Shown here piece after piece: positions 1 to 9,836 of a DNA stretch of 64,000 nt (positions are counted from its first letter, which is position 1; every line of letters starts with the position of its first letter). This DNA is from an uncultured Fibrobacterota bacterium (GTDB lineage: Bacteria; Fibrobacterota; Chitinivibrionia; Chitinivibrionales; FEN-1185). The translations under genes and the position numbers were made by a program. The stretch spans positions 128,001 through 192,000 of the forward strand of contig CAVSQB010000009.1 of the NCBI GenBank assembly GCA_963729895.1, read 5' to 3'. The notes under the pieces are model-generated. The model worked only from the letters and a program-made list of their open reading frames with translations. It searched no databases and had not been told where the DNA came from.

Positions 1-710
1 TTCTCAAAACAGGAATTCGACACACCAAGCGTGAGCGAACTCACCTCACGGTCCCACGGCTCGTAACGCTCAAGCGCCTCCTGCCCAAGTTGTATCATCA
101 CATGGTGGAAATTCCGTAAAAGCAAAGAATTCATGTCGGCCCTCGACGAAACCACGGTATTGCACAGCTCGAGCTTCCCGCTTGCGTTGCGCCTCACCAG
201 ATTAAGATGCAAGAGTACTTCCACCGCCTTCTTTGCCTGGCTCGCGGTAACCGGGGGCGCAATTGCCTTGGCTATCCAGTCGTAGTCCTCTCGAAATTCC
301 TGCAGGGAGATAAGCTCGCGTATGGCGCTGTAATACCAATTTGAAAAGAATTCGTACTGCTTTTCGTCGAGAAAGGTCAGGTGGGTGCGGCGCCTGAGCT
401 GCATCATCGCGGAAAAAGCCTCATTCTTGTCCTGATTGCTCTTTGCATTTACGAATTTTACAAGCGTGCGGAAATACTCTCTTTCGCGTTCCGTGAGATG
501 CATTGCATGTGAATATTTTTCCACGACTTTGAGGGTGAGCTGTCGCCTGCCGGAGACGACGTCCTTAAGCAAACTGGGCGCGACACCGGATTGGGCAGCA
601 AAGGAACGGTAGGAAAAGCGCCGGTTGCTCTTCTTCTGATACGAATAATAATCTTTCAGAAAGAACCTGTAATCGGTATATTCAAAGATTTTGAGGGCCC
701 TGGATGGCAT
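1..710 (-). CDS. TIGR02147 family protein (Fibrobacter paralogous family, N-terminal HTH-like region, DUF4423), runs off the left edge
   Basis: Not in the ORF track. Manual translation from ATG at 710: MPSRALKIFEYTDYRFFLKDYY...FSYRSFAAQSG...YEFFSNWYYSAIRELI...NFHHVMIQLGQEAL...REVSSLTLGVS, all typical family motifs. Confidence 0.9.
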   Translation of the reverse strand, partial: MPSRALKIFEYTDYRFFLKDYYSYQKKSNRRFSYRSFAAQSGVAPSLLKDVVSGRRQLTLKVVEKYSHAMHLTEREREYFRTLVKFVNAKSNQDKNEAFSAMMQLRRRTHLTFLDEKQYEFFSNWYYSAIRELISLQEFREDYDWIAKAIAPPVTASQAKKAVEVLLHLNLVRRNASGKLELCNTVVSSRADMNSLLLRNFHHVMIQLGQEALERYEPWDREVSSLTLGVSNSCFE

Positions 711-1022
711 GCACAGAATATAATAACAAAAAAAGGGAATGGAAACAGGTTTTTGAACAATTCCGGCATTGGTTTGCGAACGACAGTATTTACAAGACAT
801 TGATAATAAACATATTGAATTTCACATCTTATTGCGAACGAAATGAGTTTGCGAACACCTTCCGCAGGAAAAACACCGGATTCGCTCTGCGCCCGCATGC
901 CACGGCGACACAAACTTTCTTACCAAAATACGTTGCACTCTCTCCGCGCCTATTGGGGCCGTCAAGGAAAAATAAGCTCTTACTATTCAAGGAGATAAAC
1001 CGCACCCAACAATAGCCTTCTA

Positions 1023-1039
1023 TCTTACTTGGGGTAAGA
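1023..1039 (+). promoter_or_regulatory. Palindromic operator-like site TCTTAC-N5-GTAAGA (copy 1)
   Basis: TCTTACttgggGTAAGA followed by an A-run; the same motif recurs in other upstream regions. Confidence 0.6.
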
Positions 1040-1309
1040 AAAAAAACGTGGTGGCCCGCGAAAGAATTTCATAAATTAGGTATTGAGAACGAGGCAACAA
1101 ATATATAGAAGCCGATGAAAGGAAATCACTCCGCTGCTTGAAATAGTCTTATATATATTTGCTGCGGCACTTGATCTTGAGCGTACTTCGTGGTATTATT
1201 GTATCAATAAAGTCACGCGGTTAAGTCCGACATCCCGGGGCCGGCTTACACGAATGAGGGAACAACGGTTCCGCGCAGCCCGGGCGGCACCAGAGGAAGC
1301 CTTCACGCT

Positions 1310-2506
1310 ATGAAATGTCCCGTCTCAAACGGCCTTGCCTTGACTCTTGCAGCGGGCATTACTGTCGGCCTATTGACATATGCAATCCTCCGGCTTTCCC
1401 CGGTTCGTACAACAGCACGGGCAACACCGTGGGCTTGCGTGGGCGGATGCGGATCGAGCGCAGGAAGCGCTACCGGCGACGTGCTGGTGAAGTGGATCGG
1501 AAACGGAGTCTCCGGAGCATTGTTCGACGCCGAGCTCATCATGAGCGAAGGCGCGCTCACCGACAGCTCTCTCGTTCGCGGTTCAGAATACGACGGAAGG
1601 CTCCGCATCAAAACGACTACCGCCCTCCTAAGCCTGTATTATCATCCGCCAAGAATCATGGACATCAAACTCAGCATGCCTTTTCTCATGAGGGAAGGAA
1701 TCAGTACGAATACCGGCGGATTCGGAGACCTTCTCGTCGACCTCTGCCGCAAGTGGGGCGCTTCCGGCGACGTCCAGACCGGCCTCTCGCTCATTCTACC
1801 GACAGGGTATGCCGACATAATGAACTCGGGCGTGGAAGCCTTGTCATCCGATAATCAATTGGGCGGCGGGTTGTTCAGCCTTTCGGCGCGCGGAAGCTAT
1901 ACCTTCGATTTCGACTGGGGAATTATCAACCTGGGAGGGTCGTATTCAGGAGGGTTTTTTGCGATAAGAACGACCAATTACGGATACGACACTCTAAACG
2001 TTCGCGTGTACCCTGTTGACCAGGAATTTCAGTATGCCCGTGAAGGCTGGGGCGCGCGCAATGACGCGGGAGTGTTCTCCCCGGATTATCTGAGCGTGTT
2101 TGCAGACTTCGGAATCAGGTCCCAAGGCTACACACACGGCTTCAGCATCAACTACTCGTACCCGCTCGCGCAGAGTAATGTCGAAATCCGCAGCGTCAAC
2201 GAGACGTATTTTGCAGCCCACCTGCCCACGAAAGCCTTGGCACAGACCTATGTGGACACCACCGCGCCCCATGGAGATACCACCAACATCGTGCTTAATC
2301 AAAACGGCGACGGTTCCTGGAATTACCTGACAAAGACGCCCACCCCGAGACCGACGCCTCCTTCGGTCACCTTGCAATATACCATTGAGAAAAGCGACAT
2401 GATGTTCCCGATACTCGTGGGCGGCATTGTCAAACTGGAGTACGCAAACAGGCTCAACTTCGCGGGAGTTTCCTTTGCAGTTGGGTTCAAGTTCCCGGTC
2501 TATTGA
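1310..2506 (+). CDS. Putative outer-membrane beta-barrel protein (paralog 1)
   Basis: 398 aa, hydrophobic N-terminus, alternating beta-strand pattern, ends AVGFKFPVY; clear paralog of the next gene. Confidence 0.6.
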   Translation: MKCPVSNGLALTLAAGITVGLLTYAILRLSPVRTTARATPWACVGGCGSSAGSATGDVLVKWIGNGVSGALFDAELIMSEGALTDSSLVRGSEYDGRLRIKTTTALLSLYYHPPRIMDIKLSMPFLMREGISTNTGGFGDLLVDLCRKWGASGDVQTGLSLILPTGYADIMNSGVEALSSDNQLGGGLFSLSARGSYTFDFDWGIINLGGSYSGGFFAIRTTNYGYDTLNVRVYPVDQEFQYAREGWGARNDAGVFSPDYLSVFADFGIRSQGYTHGFSINYSYPLAQSNVEIRSVNETYFAAHLPTKALAQTYVDTTAPHGDTTNIVLNQNGDGSWNYLTKTPTPRPTPPSVTLQYTIEKSDMMFPILVGGIVKLEYANRLNFAGVSFAVGFKFPVY

Positions 2507-2552
2507 CAAGGGCAGAGGCCCGCAACCCGGCACAAGAAGAAAGGATCCGTAG

Positions 2553-3689
2553 ATGCCACTTCACCATTACAAGACCATCACTGCCTTTATTCTTGGGGCG
2601 CTGGTCCTTTCGGCCTCCGGACAGGCGATGCAGGTTGGAGAAAACAGCCTCGGCCTGTCGGGTGACCTGCATTTGAAATGGATCGGCAAAGGCATTGCCG
2701 GAAAATTGATCGACGCCGAGGTCATACTGAGCGAAGCCATGATCGCGGACAGTTCAAAACTTGGCGGTTCCCAATACGACGGAACGTTCCGCACCAAGAT
2801 CACGCAGGCGCTGGTGAGTTTCTATGTTCATCCGGGAAAGGTCCTCGATCTCAAGCTCAGCATGCCATTTCTCATTAAGCAAACTCCCGACGGGAAAACC
2901 GGGCCGTTTGGCGACATGCTGCTCGACGTGAGCCGTTCATGGGGCACGCTTAACATGTTCGCGGCCGGCCTCACCCTCAACTTCCCGACCGGCTATTCCA
3001 CGATCATGAGCGACGACACGCACTTTCTTGCCCAGGAAAGCCAGGTGGGAAACGGTCTATTCGGGGCAACTGCACGGGCAAGTTATGCGTTTGCGCCCGA
3101 CTGGGGAATTATCAATGTGGGCGCTTCGTATTCGGCAGGACTCTTTGCACTGCGGACATCCAGCTATGGGTATGACCCCAACACGGATCAAATCACCTAT
3201 GATACAAAAGCGTTCCAAGTTGCGCGCGACGGATGGGGAGCGCGTAACGACGCAGGAGTTGTTACGCCCGACCGCATCGGCATGTTTGTCGATTTCGGAA
3301 TCAAGACGGAAACGGTCAATCACGGGTTCAGCATCGGCTACTATTATCCGACACTCGCAATCAGCAACTACGAAACGCTTGCAAAGGGCAATACTCCAAC
3401 ACCTTTTGCGACGAGAGCGCTTGCCCAGGCCTCACTTAACGCAGGAGATACCGTTCCCAACACCCAGTACTATGTTGCAGGCCAGAGGCAAGACAGCACC
3501 TGGGAGTACCTGGCCAGAACAACCGTGGGGCAAAGGATGTTTCCGTCTCTTACCTTACAATACAATATTGAGAAGAACGACATAACCTTCCCCATTTTTC
3601 TGGGCGGCGCGGTAAAAATGGATTACGACAACAGACTGAATTTCTCGGCTTTTTCTCTGGGAATCGGGTTCAAGTTCCCGGTGCTTTGA
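2553..3689 (+). CDS. Putative outer-membrane beta-barrel protein (paralog 2)
   Basis: 378 aa, signal peptide, shares KWIG, DWGIIN, GWGARNDAGV blocks with the previous gene, ends GIGFKFPVL. Confidence 0.6.
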   Translation: MPLHHYKTITAFILGALVLSASGQAMQVGENSLGLSGDLHLKWIGKGIAGKLIDAEVILSEAMIADSSKLGGSQYDGTFRTKITQALVSFYVHPGKVLDLKLSMPFLIKQTPDGKTGPFGDMLLDVSRSWGTLNMFAAGLTLNFPTGYSTIMSDDTHFLAQESQVGNGLFGATARASYAFAPDWGIINVGASYSAGLFALRTSSYGYDPNTDQITYDTKAFQVARDGWGARNDAGVVTPDRIGMFVDFGIKTETVNHGFSIGYYYPTLAISNYETLAKGNTPTPFATRALAQASLNAGDTVPNTQYYVAGQRQDSTWEYLARTTVGQRMFPSLTLQYNIEKNDITFPIFLGGAVKMDYDNRLNFSAFSLGIGFKFPVL

Positions 3690-3735
3690 AAACAAGTTGA
3701 TTTATACCATATCACTTTTCCGAAAGGATCCTGCT

Positions 3736-4869
3736 ATGCGCTTTTCCATCCGGCCAATAAGGGTCTCGCTCGTGCTGTCGGCATTGGCAATGGTTTCGTT
3801 TACAAGTTATTCGCAAAATGCCGGGCTTACCCTTGGCGGCCAATTTGTCCCCAAAGACAGCATCATGCTGTTCATCGACATGGGAAATTCCGCCATGTCG
3901 GGCCGCGACAAACAACCCGACCTTGTCACAGACCCCCATTTGTGGAAATTCGAAATGGACCCGGCGAATTACGATTGGCTGCCGGCAAAAGAGCCCATCT
4001 GCGTCGATGTCTACCAGTCACTCACCGCACCTTTGGGCGGTCCCATCATGCCATTCCTCAAGAGGCTCCACGTGGATTACCCGAACTACTATTTCGGTGT
4101 TATGCAATTGTCCAATTCCGGATGGGAGCTCATGGGCAACTTCAATGCCGGCTCTGGGGCGATAACCGCTCTGTTGACACAAGCCAACAAGCTCAAGCCC
4201 AACGTAACCATAGCCGGAATTGTCAGCATGCTCAATAACGTCGAAGTTCAAAACAGCGATACCCTCAACTATTTGCAGCATGTTGCGGACATGGTCAGTA
4301 ACATCCGGACCAGCCTGGGAACTTTGCAGTACGATGGCACAACATACACGGTGCCTTACATCCACGCAGGGTACCCGGTTGAGGCGAAAGACAACCCGAG
4401 TGGGACGATCCAATACGATACATCGCATATCCAGACCAAGAGCATCATGAGGCAAATTGCCCAGATTCCCACAAAAGTTTTGGACTGCGTGATAATTCCC
4501 ACGGATGGATTGACGGTCTGCATGAACTGCACCCCGGCAGGCTACTACGACCACTACGACTCCGCCGGAAGTGCCGGATGGGGAACCCGAACGGCCGACA
4601 CGGTGCTGGGCCGTTGCTGGATACCTCCTGTCAATAATTGTTCCACCTTGGCCACCATGCCGCAGCATCAGATTGCCGTGTTTCATTCTACCACGGTACA
4701 GAGGATCATGTTCGACGGAACCAACTGGTCCGCATTCGACAAGGCCGGAAAATCGTTCACCGTGTATTCGCCCAACGGCAGGGCGATCACTGCAGCGTCG
4801 GCGTCATCGTTAAAGACCCAGAAGCTGCTGCCGGGCGTGTACTTTGTGCGCACTGAGGCAAAGAATTGA
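3736..4869 (+). CDS. Secreted SGNH esterase, sialate O-acetylesterase/CE6-like, with C-terminal sorting-like domain
   Basis: Signal peptide; GNSAMSGR (variant of GQSNMxG); late DHY motif; tail VYSPNGR...PGVYFVR; start moved to ATG 3736 after an AAGGA RBS. Confidence 0.65.
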   Translation: MRFSIRPIRVSLVLSALAMVSFTSYSQNAGLTLGGQFVPKDSIMLFIDMGNSAMSGRDKQPDLVTDPHLWKFEMDPANYDWLPAKEPICVDVYQSLTAPLGGPIMPFLKRLHVDYPNYYFGVMQLSNSGWELMGNFNAGSGAITALLTQANKLKPNVTIAGIVSMLNNVEVQNSDTLNYLQHVADMVSNIRTSLGTLQYDGTTYTVPYIHAGYPVEAKDNPSGTIQYDTSHIQTKSIMRQIAQIPTKVLDCVIIPTDGLTVCMNCTPAGYYDHYDSAGSAGWGTRTADTVLGRCWIPPVNNCSTLATMPQHQIAVFHSTTVQRIMFDGTNWSAFDKAGKSFTVYSPNGRAITAASASSLKTQKLLPGVYFVRTEAKN

Positions 4870-4989
4870 TCTTCTCCGGCTCGCCAACTAATCATTGACG
4901 TGCCGGAATCCTGCTCTGGCCCGGTGCGAAGGACCGCAGGTAAGCCGGATTTCGGGAATTGTTAGAACTCAAGAGGGAGGGATTTGAAA

Positions 4990-6165
4990 ATGGGGCACGC
5001 CACCGCGGTTGGAAGAAAAGCGACATTCTGCGCGTCGATGGTTGCTGCGCTTTGTTTTTCCGCTTTTGCTCAACAGGCCGGACTCACCCTCGGCGGACAC
5101 TTTGTCCCCAAAGACTCAATGTACGTCTTCCTGTTCTTTGGGAATTCGGTGATGTCGGGCAGAGACACGCCTCCAGACACGATTTCCAATAACTTCGCAT
5201 GGAAATATGTCATGACAAACAACTGCGGTACTTACACGGGAACCTGTCCGCCGCAGTATTCCTGGCAGCCTGGTATTGATCCGATGTGTTTCGACTCAAA
5301 AAACCCTTTGAACGGCGTGATTAAATACAGCCCTGGCACACCGTTCCTCAAGAGACTGGCGGCAGACTATCCCGGCTATTATTTCGGGGTTGCGCAATTG
5401 TCGGGGTCTGCGTGGCAGTTGACGCATTTTCAGCCGCCGAATTCCGGCGACTTGAAAGCTGTGGTGACTCAGGGAAACATCCTCAAGCAAAACTGCCATA
5501 TTGAAGGCTTGGCGATGATCTTTAACATAGTGGAAATTCAGTACAGTAACGGCGACTCGACGTACGCCAGCATAGTCAATTATTGCGCAAATATCGACAG
5601 TGTCATAACATACCTCCGCACCGGTCTCGGACTCCCCAACCTTCCACTTATCCAATCTGATTATCCGGTCTTAGCCGGCGACCCTAAGAAGCCGACCACC
5701 GACGACTACAGCATCACCGGTCCGTGGGCAGGTGCAATACGCACACTCATGGCACAGAACAAACTTGCGGCACAAACCGTTCCGAACACCGTGCTCATTC
5801 CCACGGACAGCCTCACTATGTATACCGAGGACGGGTTGTATACCCATTACAACCACAACGGGGATTTCAAATGGGCAAACCGCGTGGCTGACTCGATCTG
5901 CGCGCGAAATTGGGGGCCTGTAAACAAATGCGGCGCAACGATGGCCGTTTCGGCCGTCAAGAGTCAGTCTGTTTCAACCTTTCCCTCGTTCTCGCGCACG
6001 GTGTTCTTTGACGGCCGCAACTGGTCTGCATTTGACAAAGCGGGGAAATCTTTCGAGCTATTCTTTCCAAACGGGAAGGTTGTTTTAGACGCGGCGGGCC
6101 TCCGTCTTGGGAACGGGAATCTCAGGCCCGGCATTTACATAATCCGTTCAAATAGTGCAAAATAA
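4990..6165 (+). CDS. Secreted SGNH esterase, sialate O-acetylesterase/CE6-like (paralog 2)
   Basis: GNSVMSGR, PFLKRL..DYPGYYFGVAQLS, THY; tail PNGK...PGIYIIR. Confidence 0.65.
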   Translation: MGHATAVGRKATFCASMVAALCFSAFAQQAGLTLGGHFVPKDSMYVFLFFGNSVMSGRDTPPDTISNNFAWKYVMTNNCGTYTGTCPPQYSWQPGIDPMCFDSKNPLNGVIKYSPGTPFLKRLAADYPGYYFGVAQLSGSAWQLTHFQPPNSGDLKAVVTQGNILKQNCHIEGLAMIFNIVEIQYSNGDSTYASIVNYCANIDSVITYLRTGLGLPNLPLIQSDYPVLAGDPKKPTTDDYSITGPWAGAIRTLMAQNKLAAQTVPNTVLIPTDSLTMYTEDGLYTHYNHNGDFKWANRVADSICARNWGPVNKCGATMAVSAVKSQSVSTFPSFSRTVFFDGRNWSAFDKAGKSFELFFPNGKVVLDAAGLRLGNGNLRPGIYIIRSNSAK

Positions 6166-6214
6166 GATTATTGGTTTTCATAGTTAAACCTTATATCAAC
6201 AGAAAGGGCCCCCC

Positions 6215-7870
6215 ATGGTCAACATTTTCAAGCTACTGACGCTGGCAGCATTGGCAACTGCGTTCTTTGGAAGCGCCGTTTCCGTCCAATCGGCTGAGTA
6301 CCCCAAGCCGGGCGCGGCGTGCACCACGCTCGCGACCCAAGGTTGCTGGACATGGTATCACGATTCCAGGGCGGTTTACTACAAAGGAACGCACGAAAAG
6401 ACCTATGTCGGCTATTTTCATTCGGCGGCCAATCCGGGAGCTGCGGCAATTGCTTCGTTTGACCACACAACCGGAGAAATCGACACGTTTAACCTGAAAA
6501 CGAATTTCGGTTTTGACGATCATAATACCACCACGTTAACTGTTCTGCCCAACGGCCACATCATCACCTTTTACAGCGAACATTACGGTGCGGCGTGGTA
6601 CAGCCGCATTTCGACGAACCCGGAAGACATTACGGCCTGGGGCGCGGAAAAAACGGTCAACGTCGCGTGCACCTATCCCAACGTTTGCCAATTGAGTGCA
6701 GAGGGGGCAAATGGTAACAGGCTCTACTTGTTCTTTAGAGGACCGTCCACCGAAGGCGGCGACGCAGGAATGCCCTATTACCAGACCAGCGACGACGGCG
6801 GCGCAACGTGGAGCGCGGCGGTCAAGTACTTCTTCGGAGGCACCGAGGCCGCAGGCATGAGGCCTTATTGCAAATACGTTTCCAACGGTAAAGACAGGAT
6901 TTATATGTTGATCGAGGGGGATAATCGCAACAACCCGCCGCCCAAACCAACGTACTTCATGTATTATTACAACGGCGGATTTTACAAGATGAATGGAACG
7001 CTGATTGCAACAGTAGCCCAGGACAAAACCACCCCGATTACTACGGGCCAGGTGGACACCGTCTACGATCCGGCGAACCCTCCGGACGGTTTGAATGGCA
7101 CAATCGGAACAGGCTGGGACGTGGCGCTCGACTCTGCCGGTTATCCCGTATTTGTTTACGACATCTACGATCCGTCGGGCGCTAACCACCGGTATTATTA
7201 CTACCGCTGGGACGGGACAAAATGGAACCATTACTTCCTCATCAACAGCGGCGGGCCCATGACCGAAGGCGGACAGGAAGTCGGTTTCAGCGGCGGTCTT
7301 ATTCTGGACCATGCGAACCCGAACCTTGTGTACATGAGCACGCATGTCAACGGCGTATTCGAGCTTGAGCGCTGGCTTACGCCAGACAAAGGTGCGACGT
7401 GGACGACGTGGCAGATAACGTCCGGCTCGGCAGCCAAAAACTGTCGTCCCATTGTTCCGCGCAATACTTCCGGCGGAAAGATTGACGTTGTTTGGAACTA
7501 CGGTACCTACACCACCTGGGGTGGCCCGTTCTCAATGGATGTAAAAATGTACACGTTCGACTCCACAAAAATAGCGGCGGGGATCACGCCGGTCAAATCG
7601 AGTTTCGAACGGCGCGCTCCAAAAGAGACCGGATTCAATCTGCTGGCCGGCGGCCTGTCTTTCACGCTCGCCTCTTCCGCATCGTCAACGCTCAGGATTT
7701 ACGACGTGCAAGGCCGGATCGTTTCCGACCAGACATCGGGCGTGCGGCGCATGCCGGCGGGAGTCAACACCGTGCAGTACAAATCGCTCGGCCTCGCTCG
7801 CGGAGCATACATCGCCAGGTTGTTTGACGGTGCGCATGATTATTCGCAGTGCTTTATCGTTGAGCGGTAG
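6215..7870 (+). CDS. Secreted BNR_4-family beta-propeller (putative polysaccharide lyase/hydrolase) 1
   Basis: Signal peptide, GCWTWY, DDHN, TYPN, Asp-boxes SDDGGATW and TPDKGATW, tail IYDVQGR...GAYIARL. Confidence 0.75.
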   Translation: MVNIFKLLTLAALATAFFGSAVSVQSAEYPKPGAACTTLATQGCWTWYHDSRAVYYKGTHEKTYVGYFHSAANPGAAAIASFDHTTGEIDTFNLKTNFGFDDHNTTTLTVLPNGHIITFYSEHYGAAWYSRISTNPEDITAWGAEKTVNVACTYPNVCQLSAEGANGNRLYLFFRGPSTEGGDAGMPYYQTSDDGGATWSAAVKYFFGGTEAAGMRPYCKYVSNGKDRIYMLIEGDNRNNPPPKPTYFMYYYNGGFYKMNGTLIATVAQDKTTPITTGQVDTVYDPANPPDGLNGTIGTGWDVALDSAGYPVFVYDIYDPSGANHRYYYYRWDGTKWNHYFLINSGGPMTEGGQEVGFSGGLILDHANPNLVYMSTHVNGVFELERWLTPDKGATWTTWQITSGSAAKNCRPIVPRNTSGGKIDVVWNYGTYTTWGGPFSMDVKMYTFDSTKIAAGITPVKSSFERRAPKETGFNLLAGGLSFTLASSASSTLRIYDVQGRIVSDQTSGVRRMPAGVNTVQYKSLGLARGAYIARLFDGAHDYSQCFIVER

Positions 7871-8105
7871 AAACTGAGCCGGACCGGCGCAAAGAAGCCG
7901 GCCTATTTTCAGCAATGGCAAGCTTGAGGATTTTCCACGGGGGGAAATCGGAAAATCCTCAATCTTTGGAGCAGACAAACTCGATTCGCTCCTTGCGTGG
8001 GGAGATACGGGCGGAACGCGCGCGGTCATTATTGCGCGGCAGAAATGCATTGTCTGTTCGATGGCGTGCTGTAAACCGGCATTTCTTTAACAATTGGGGG
8101 TCATC

Positions 8106-9824
8106 ATGTTCAGGAGAAGCTTTCTTGCCGTCTTCTCGATGGCAATCGTTTGTGCAGGCTTGGTTTCCAGTTTAAGCGCTCAGGCCATTCCAAAACCCGG
8201 CGAGCAGTTTGCCGCCATTTCAAAGGATGCCATTTACACCTGGTACGGTGAACCCAAGGCGATTTATTATGAGGGCACTCATAAACGCACCTACATGACG
8301 TGGAACAGCTCGACCGGCACCAAAGGAATCGGCTACTACGATTTCGACACCCAGGATACGGTGACAATGTCGCTGCCTCCAATGCCCTATGGATCAGACG
8401 ACCATTGCCACCCTGTCGTCATCGTTCGTCCGGATGGCAAACTCATCATTTTCTGCACCGGTCATGACGGCAATGAAATAACCGAATTGATCGCAAAAAA
8501 CCCCGAAGATATTTCATCCTGGGAAACCCCTATTTACCCCGGCGGCAACGGCGGATATTGTTATCCCAACGCCATTTTCCTTAAGGCCGAAGGCGACAGC
8601 GGACGATTCTACCTGTTCTTCCGCGACTCGCTTCTTGAACCCTGGTTTACAACCAGTGACGACTGGGGAAAAACCTGGGTGCCGGTCATGCATCTTTTCC
8701 ACGTTTCCACGTATCCCAACGATGCCTATAAACCCTATGTGAAATACGCATCCAATGACATTGACCAGATCCAAATGGTGATTGAACGCCAGAACCGCCA
8801 GGGTGCTGCGGCGGATAAACCGATTTACTTCGCGAAATACAAGAATGACTCCTTCTATCAGGACAACGGGCGTTTTATATGCACCAAGGCAACCCTTCCC
8901 CTGCTCGATAATGTGTTGGACACCATCTTTTACGCTTCCCGATTCGGATGCAGCAACACCTGTTACGATGTCGCGCTTGACTCTAACAACAACGCCGTGG
9001 CAGTCATGGATATGTTTCAGGACACCGCAATCAATATCTATTGGTACATGCACTGGACCGGGACTTCCTGGTTCAAGACGGCTTTTGTCAACAGCGGAAT
9101 GTACCGCGGCTGCCAGAGCGGATTCGCCGCTGGCATCACGCTCGACCACGAGAACCCGAACAACGTGTACCTGTGCCGTCAGATGCTCACCCCAACGGCA
9201 ACGCCGTTCCACCTTGCGGATACCAGCTATACAAATTACAAAAACAATCTTAAGGCGACGTGCTGGACGACTTCTGCATATCCGCATGAGGTCGAAAAGT
9301 GGACTACCAAGGACGGCGGCGCAACCTGGGACACCATGGCCATCACCCGAAACACAGCAAATACATACATGAACACGAACTGCCTTCCCTGCGTGCCGCG
9401 CCATCACAAGGCCGGGGAAAAGCTCGAACTGATGTGGCTTAACGGCCTGTATCAAAGCATGAGCCCGACCGCGATCAACGGATATCCGGGATACCAGATG
9501 TCGCTGCGGATGTTCGCCTTTAAGGACGGGGAACTGCCTACCACAGCCGCCGCATCGCAAGTGGCGCACAAGCAGGTTCAATGGTCGATGAACGTTTGCA
9601 AGAACGGGATATCAATGTCTCTTGTCAACCATGCCCGTTCATCGCTCAAACTGTATTCCCTGCAGGGGAAACTCACGGCAGACTATACAGGCCTGGTGAG
9701 AGGCATGGGCAACGGCGCCGCGTTCCTGCCTTTTTCCGCCCTCACCCGGGTCGGCGGCGTCTATATCGTGAAACTTGACAACGGGCAGTCAATAGCAATG
9801 GACAGAATAGTCATCTCCAAATAA
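8106..9824 (+). CDS. Secreted BNR_4-family beta-propeller 2
   Basis: TWYGEPKA, DDHCHP, CYPN, SDDWGKTW, TKDGGATW, C-terminal sorting-like tail. Confidence 0.75.
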   Translation: MFRRSFLAVFSMAIVCAGLVSSLSAQAIPKPGEQFAAISKDAIYTWYGEPKAIYYEGTHKRTYMTWNSSTGTKGIGYYDFDTQDTVTMSLPPMPYGSDDHCHPVVIVRPDGKLIIFCTGHDGNEITELIAKNPEDISSWETPIYPGGNGGYCYPNAIFLKAEGDSGRFYLFFRDSLLEPWFTTSDDWGKTWVPVMHLFHVSTYPNDAYKPYVKYASNDIDQIQMVIERQNRQGAAADKPIYFAKYKNDSFYQDNGRFICTKATLPLLDNVLDTIFYASRFGCSNTCYDVALDSNNNAVAVMDMFQDTAINIYWYMHWTGTSWFKTAFVNSGMYRGCQSGFAAGITLDHENPNNVYLCRQMLTPTATPFHLADTSYTNYKNNLKATCWTTSAYPHEVEKWTTKDGGATWDTMAITRNTANTYMNTNCLPCVPRHHKAGEKLELMWLNGLYQSMSPTAINGYPGYQMSLRMFAFKDGELPTTAAASQVAHKQVQWSMNVCKNGISMSLVNHARSSLKLYSLQGKLTADYTGLVRGMGNGAAFLPFSALTRVGGVYIVKLDNGQSIAMDRIVISK

Positions 9825-9836
9825 AAGGAGTTCCTT

